The translations under genes were made by a program, and so were the position numbers. The notes beneath the pieces are model-generated. The model was not told the origin of the DNA. It searched no databases and was given only the letters and a program-made list of their open reading frames with translations. Below are positions 60,062-64,000 of a DNA stretch of 64,000 nt, piece after piece (position 1 is the first letter of the stretch; each line of letters begins with the position of its first letter). The stretch lies in assembly GCA_963749495.1 (NCBI GenBank), contig CAVVMW010000022.1:128001-192000 (forward strand), read 5' to 3'. Source of the stretch: an uncultured bacterium. GTDB taxonomy: Bacteria; Verrucomicrobiota; Verrucomicrobiia; Limisphaerales; UBA8199.

Positions 60062-60394
60062 ATGCTGCATGAACGACAAAGGCGACAAGCGAAGCCCCCA
60101 GGCGCAACCTGCCTCTTTTGGCCGATCACCGGGACCGCCAAAGACTGCAGCAGGAGGGTGCAGGGCAGGCCGCCAGGTGATCCGGGCAAAACGGTCTATC
60201 TGCTGGACCGTGTTCTGGTGAGGGATCTGGCTGGCGCCATTGGAAAAAGGCCATTTCAAGTCGTGGCTGACTTGTTGGAGTTGAAGCAATTCAAGCAGGC
60301 GGACGAGGAGATTGATTTTGAAACCGCCTCACTCATCGCGCGAAAACACGGATACCGGGCAGAAAGACCTCCTCCCGGTGTCCTGGTTCTTTAA
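60062..60394 (+). CDS. Stand-alone IF-2 N-terminal-domain-like protein (start uncertain)
   Basis: VLVRDLAGAIGKRPFQVVADLLEL...EEIDFETASLIARKHGY. Confidence 0.6.
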   Translation: MLHERQRRQAKPPGATCLFWPITGTAKDCSRRVQGRPPGDPGKTVYLLDRVLVRDLAGAIGKRPFQVVADLLELKQFKQADEEIDFETASLIARKHGYRAERPPPGVLVL

Positions 60395-60433
60395 TTGCGA
60401 AAGGAGACGAGGTTTCTGCGCGGTGCTCGCCGA

Positions 60434-61408
60434 TCAGGGGCCTAAGCGCAGCCGGAAGAATTTCGCGCTGTCTGGCGCGAGGACGCTCACTTGATTCTGT
60501 GCAGCGTTGGTCCGCCACCACGGGTCGGGAACCGTTGCCCAGGGGCCGTCGGCGCTCGGGGCGCTTTCCAGGACGAACGTGCCCCGAGTGACCGGCCAGG
60601 AGAGCACGACGCCCTTCTGGATCGCCAGTTGCGGCGATTCGTACTGCCACACTTCAACGTTGCCAAAGGTGACCTGCGCGACAGCGGCTTGTGGCCCGTG
60701 CTCCGGGTTGGTCCACTCCAAATTCAGGCAAAGGTTTCCAGGCTCACTGAGTGCAGGCCATGCTGTTCCCGGCAAATCAGGCGCCGTAAGCCCCAATACG
60801 GAAAGAACCGGGTCCGCCTGAGGTGTGTCGATCACCGTCTCTTCGAACAGGAGCGCGTTGTTGTTGTCCTTGTCCAGAACGCGGAGGTCGATCCTCAAAT
60901 TCGGGTCGAGCCGGGTCAGGGCAAGCACCAAGGTGACGTTTTGATTCTTGATGGGTTGGTTGGTCTGATAAAAGAACCAAGCGAGTGAAACCGACGGCGT
61001 GTTCTGATTGTAGTACTTCATGAGCGCAACCTCATCTGGGTCCTTCCAGAAGACATAGCCTGTGCCTAAGGTGTCCCACCAAAGGTTTATGCCGGCCCAG
61101 GCGTCATCTTGGTTGGCGCCGACTAAATCGGCGCGCGCTTCCAACGTCTGGTTGTTGGGAAGCGGACCTGAGGTTGGCAGCGAATGAGCGGTCCCCCGCC
61201 ATGTAGCCCACGGGTTGCCAACCTGGTAGGGACCACAGGTCGCCGAGAGGGCCAGTTGCCCGTTGGCGACGGTCATCGCTCCAGGCCCAGCGTCGGACCA
61301 TCCGTTTGCGGTGTGGTCCCAAATCCACACGGAGGTCTGTGCGAGGGCGGTCGAGACGCACGCCGCCAAGGCGAGCGTCATCAGTGCTAAGGTTCTTTTG
61401 CGGATCAT
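60434..61408 (-). CDS. Secreted hypothetical protein with C-terminal FFRL-type domain
   Basis: GAAAGGAA RBS; signal ending ALAQ; VVLSWP...FVLESAPS..GPW...KFFRLR. Confidence 0.75.
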   Translation of the reverse strand: MIRKRTLALMTLALAACVSTALAQTSVWIWDHTANGWSDAGPGAMTVANGQLALSATCGPYQVGNPWATWRGTAHSLPTSGPLPNNQTLEARADLVGANQDDAWAGINLWWDTLGTGYVFWKDPDEVALMKYYNQNTPSVSLAWFFYQTNQPIKNQNVTLVLALTRLDPNLRIDLRVLDKDNNNALLFEETVIDTPQADPVLSVLGLTAPDLPGTAWPALSEPGNLCLNLEWTNPEHGPQAAVAQVTFGNVEVWQYESPQLAIQKGVVLSWPVTRGTFVLESAPSADGPWATVPDPWWRTNAAQNQVSVLAPDSAKFFRLRLGP

Positions 61409-61660
61409 AGAATAGTTCCTTTCGGTCGGTTTCGTGGTGTGGGATTCGGCGGTTGGAGACGCCCAAAGGCAAACCCGCGCGAGTTGCGGGGCAGCGAGAG
61501 CGCGGCTCTTGCCCGAACGCAAGTTCCCTGGCTCTGGCGGGCGACCAGCTTGGTCGCGCGGCCATCAGAGCCACGCCGTGAGACTGACGCCACTACAGTC
61601 ATCATCCCATACACAGGAAAAACCAGCGAAAGGGGGACAGGGTTTTTGCGTGGTGAAAAC

Positions 61661-64000
61661 TCATCGGATCCTCTCTTTCCTTTCCGTCGCCTCAATTTCC
61701 GCAAACGAGGGCACGCGCCAGAAGAGAAGGTCGCCCTGTGAGTTCCTGGCCGTGAGGTGGCTGCCGTCGGCGCTGAAAGCGAGCTGCCTCAATTGCTCCC
61801 CCGGGCGCTCCAGGGTGATCAACTCCTGCCAGGTGGCAACGTCCCACAGTTTGATCGCCTCCGCGCCTTCACCCGCCGTGGCCAGGCGCCGGCTGCCCGG
61901 CGAGAAGGCCAGCCCGAAAAGCGCCTGCCGATGCGCACGAAACTCCTTCACTTCATGCAGCCCGGGCATCTCCCAGACGTTGACCACACCTTGGATATTG
62001 GCTGCGGCCAGGAACCTGCCGTCCGGCGAGAAGGCGAGCCTATGAACATCCCCCGCAGGCGCGGACACGGTTCTGGCTTCGGATTGCTGCGTGAGGCTCC
62101 AGAGTTGGAGGGAGCCTGGCACATCGCCCACGGCTAACCACCGGCCGTCGGGGGAGACCACCGTATAGGTGTCTCCCCACCCTGAGATCGTCCACGACTT
62201 GTGCTGCTGCCAGTCCGCAGTGGTCCAGACATCGAACCGGAGTGTCTGCCCGACCAGGCCCCGGGCAGGGCGCCCCGACTCGACTCCTTCTTTCCAGTGG
62301 ACTACCACGAGAAGCCGCCCTTGCTCATCTTGCAGAAGCCGGTTTGCCGGCTCGGCCGCGCCGCGCAGAGCACGCAAGGGCTGGCCATAATCCAGCGACC
62401 AAATCTGGACATCACCGCTTTGGGTGCCCGCGAACAGAGCCTGTCCGTCAGCGGAGAACAGGAGGCAGGTGTTGTTGGTGCCCAACTCCGGGAGTTGGCT
62501 GGGCGGCGTCTGGCCTTGCGCCTCGCCCAAGTACACGGCCCCCTGGCGGAGAGCAGCGAACCTCTTGGCGTGCGGTGCCACCGCCACGGCATCCAGGCCC
62601 GCTGGCCTCCGCCAAAAGCCGGGTTTTGGCTGGGCCTGCTGGGCGTCGGCAGGCCAGCGGCGTATCGTCCCATCACTGGAGCCACTGAACAGCTTCAGCT
62701 TCTGCCCGTCTGCGGCAAAGCACAGGCGCCACAACATCCTCGGGAAGTCCGGCGAAAATTCGCCTCGGTTTTCTCGTGGGCACATCCCAGAGCCGAATCG
62801 TTTGATCCGCGGCGGCCGACGCCAGCGTTTGGCCATCCGGCGAGAACTTCAGCGCCGTAATCCCTCCCTGGTGACCCGCCAGTTCGTCCAGGGGCCGACA
62901 CGACGGAACTTCCCAAAGTCTTATGCCGGTTTCCGTGTCGTCGGCGCCTGTTGCCAGAATCTGGCCGTCCGGGCTGATGGCCATTGCGGTGATCGCCTCG
63001 CGGTGCCCGGGGAAGTAACGGGGTTTACTGCCCGGAGCCAATTCCCAAAAGCAAATCCGGCCGCCGACGCCGGGCTCGGACATGATGACGTTCCGGCCGT
63101 CGTGCGTAAACACCCAGTCCCATCCCTTTGGGATCCCGTTTTTCTCGGTCAGTTCACACACCTGTTTCCGGCTCGGGAAATCGAGGACCACGAGCCCTGC
63201 ATTCGTGGGAGGAAGCATGAGTGTGTACAGGAACCGTTTGCCATCGGGGGAGAAACCCATTGGGCCGACGGGACGCCCATCGATGATGGGCGCCACCCTC
63301 TTTCGCGCCTGCAGGTCCCAGACGGCTATGGCGCCTTCCGACTGCAGGGTCTGGTCGCAGATCAACAGCCAGCGGCTGTCGGGCGAAAAGGCGCCCCAAG
63401 AATACAGCGCGTCTTCCGCGGCAAAGGGGACTCGCTGGCCCGTGGTGAGGTCCCACACACCGCCCGCGCACCCTCGGGCACTCGCCAAAAGCCATCGTCC
63501 GTCGGCGGACACCTCCAACGAGCCAACGCCCATCTTAAGCTTGCCGATAACCGCTTCCGCTTCCGTTTGGCATTGTTGCCAAAGGTAACGCCACTCGAAA
63601 CCGCGGAGGTCAGTGGCCAATGGCGAGTGGCCTGTGGCGGGTGCTGAATTAGTGGGGCGGTACTGGTCCAGCAGCGCCAGGGCGCGTGCGGGGTTGTTCG
63701 CCTTGAGGGCCTGTTGTGCTGAGTTCATCGCGAGAACGTAGGCGTTGCGTAGCGCGGTCATCTCGCCAGTTTCGGCCCGGCGCCGCTCAAATTCCGCCCG
63801 GCGCCACATCCCCAGTACCCCGGTGAATCCCAGCACGAATAAGAGCGCCGCGGCAGCGGCCAGGCTCGCCATTTGCGGTTTACGCCGGCACCAGCGCCAG
63901 GCCTTGCCGGCCGGGCCAAGGGGGCGGGCTTGGATGGGCTCACCCGTAAGGAAGCGCGCGAGTTCATCGGCCAAGGCCCGCGCCGTGGGGTAGCGACGCG
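61661..64000 (-). pseudogene. Ser/Thr kinase-WD40 repeat protein, C-terminal part (runs off the window), frameshift near 62733
   Basis: RRYPTARALADELARFLTGEPIQARP...WRWCRRKP; DLRGFEWRYLW; multiple GH...FSPDG...IRLWD repeats. Confidence 0.9.

Noticed and set aside
61465..61510. GGCAAACCCGCGCGAGTTGCGGGGCAGCGAGAG resembling a c-di-GMP-I riboswitch
   Set aside because: The GACGCAAAG segment is not matched and it points away from the nearest gene start (61408, minus strand); an Rfam search would be needed.

Overview
GC-rich bacterial DNA, most likely Verrucomicrobiota (Pedosphaerales/Limisphaerales-like). This is an inference from the gene families present: an ECF sigma factor with a long C-terminal extension, a Ser/Thr kinase-WD40 protein, secreted proteins ending in an 'RFYR' domain, ThuA-like and glycoside-hydrolase genes, and the palindromic repeat families. 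All protein family calls are from motif recognition by eye; no database search was run. Recognisable genes include gdhA, glnB, pcm, nadB, an ETF-QO/FixCX-like gene, tRNA-Arg(ACG), an SDR-MFS-glycoside hydrolase operon, several toxin-antitoxin modules, a collapsed type III R-M locus, a NACHT NTPase and a truncated IS21-like element with two extra genes. The window is unusually broken: about 20 gene-fragment junctions or internal deletions and about 10 single-base frameshifts. This points to chimeric amplification or assembly error, or to heavy decay, so gene-neighbourhood inferences need read-level confirmation. The most interesting signals are: (1) short palindromic elements inserted in frame inside protein-coding genes with apparent target duplications; (2) REP-like palindromes wrapped in different outer terminal inverted repeats, including a Russian-doll element at 13.2-13.7 kb; (3) an IS21-like element with a Zn-finger gene and an HTH-like gene upstream of istA; (4) a five-repeat Myb/HTH-like protein beside a tRNA integration site; (5) a toxin-antitoxin-like pair between type III mod and res. 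No CRISPR array or rRNA was seen.
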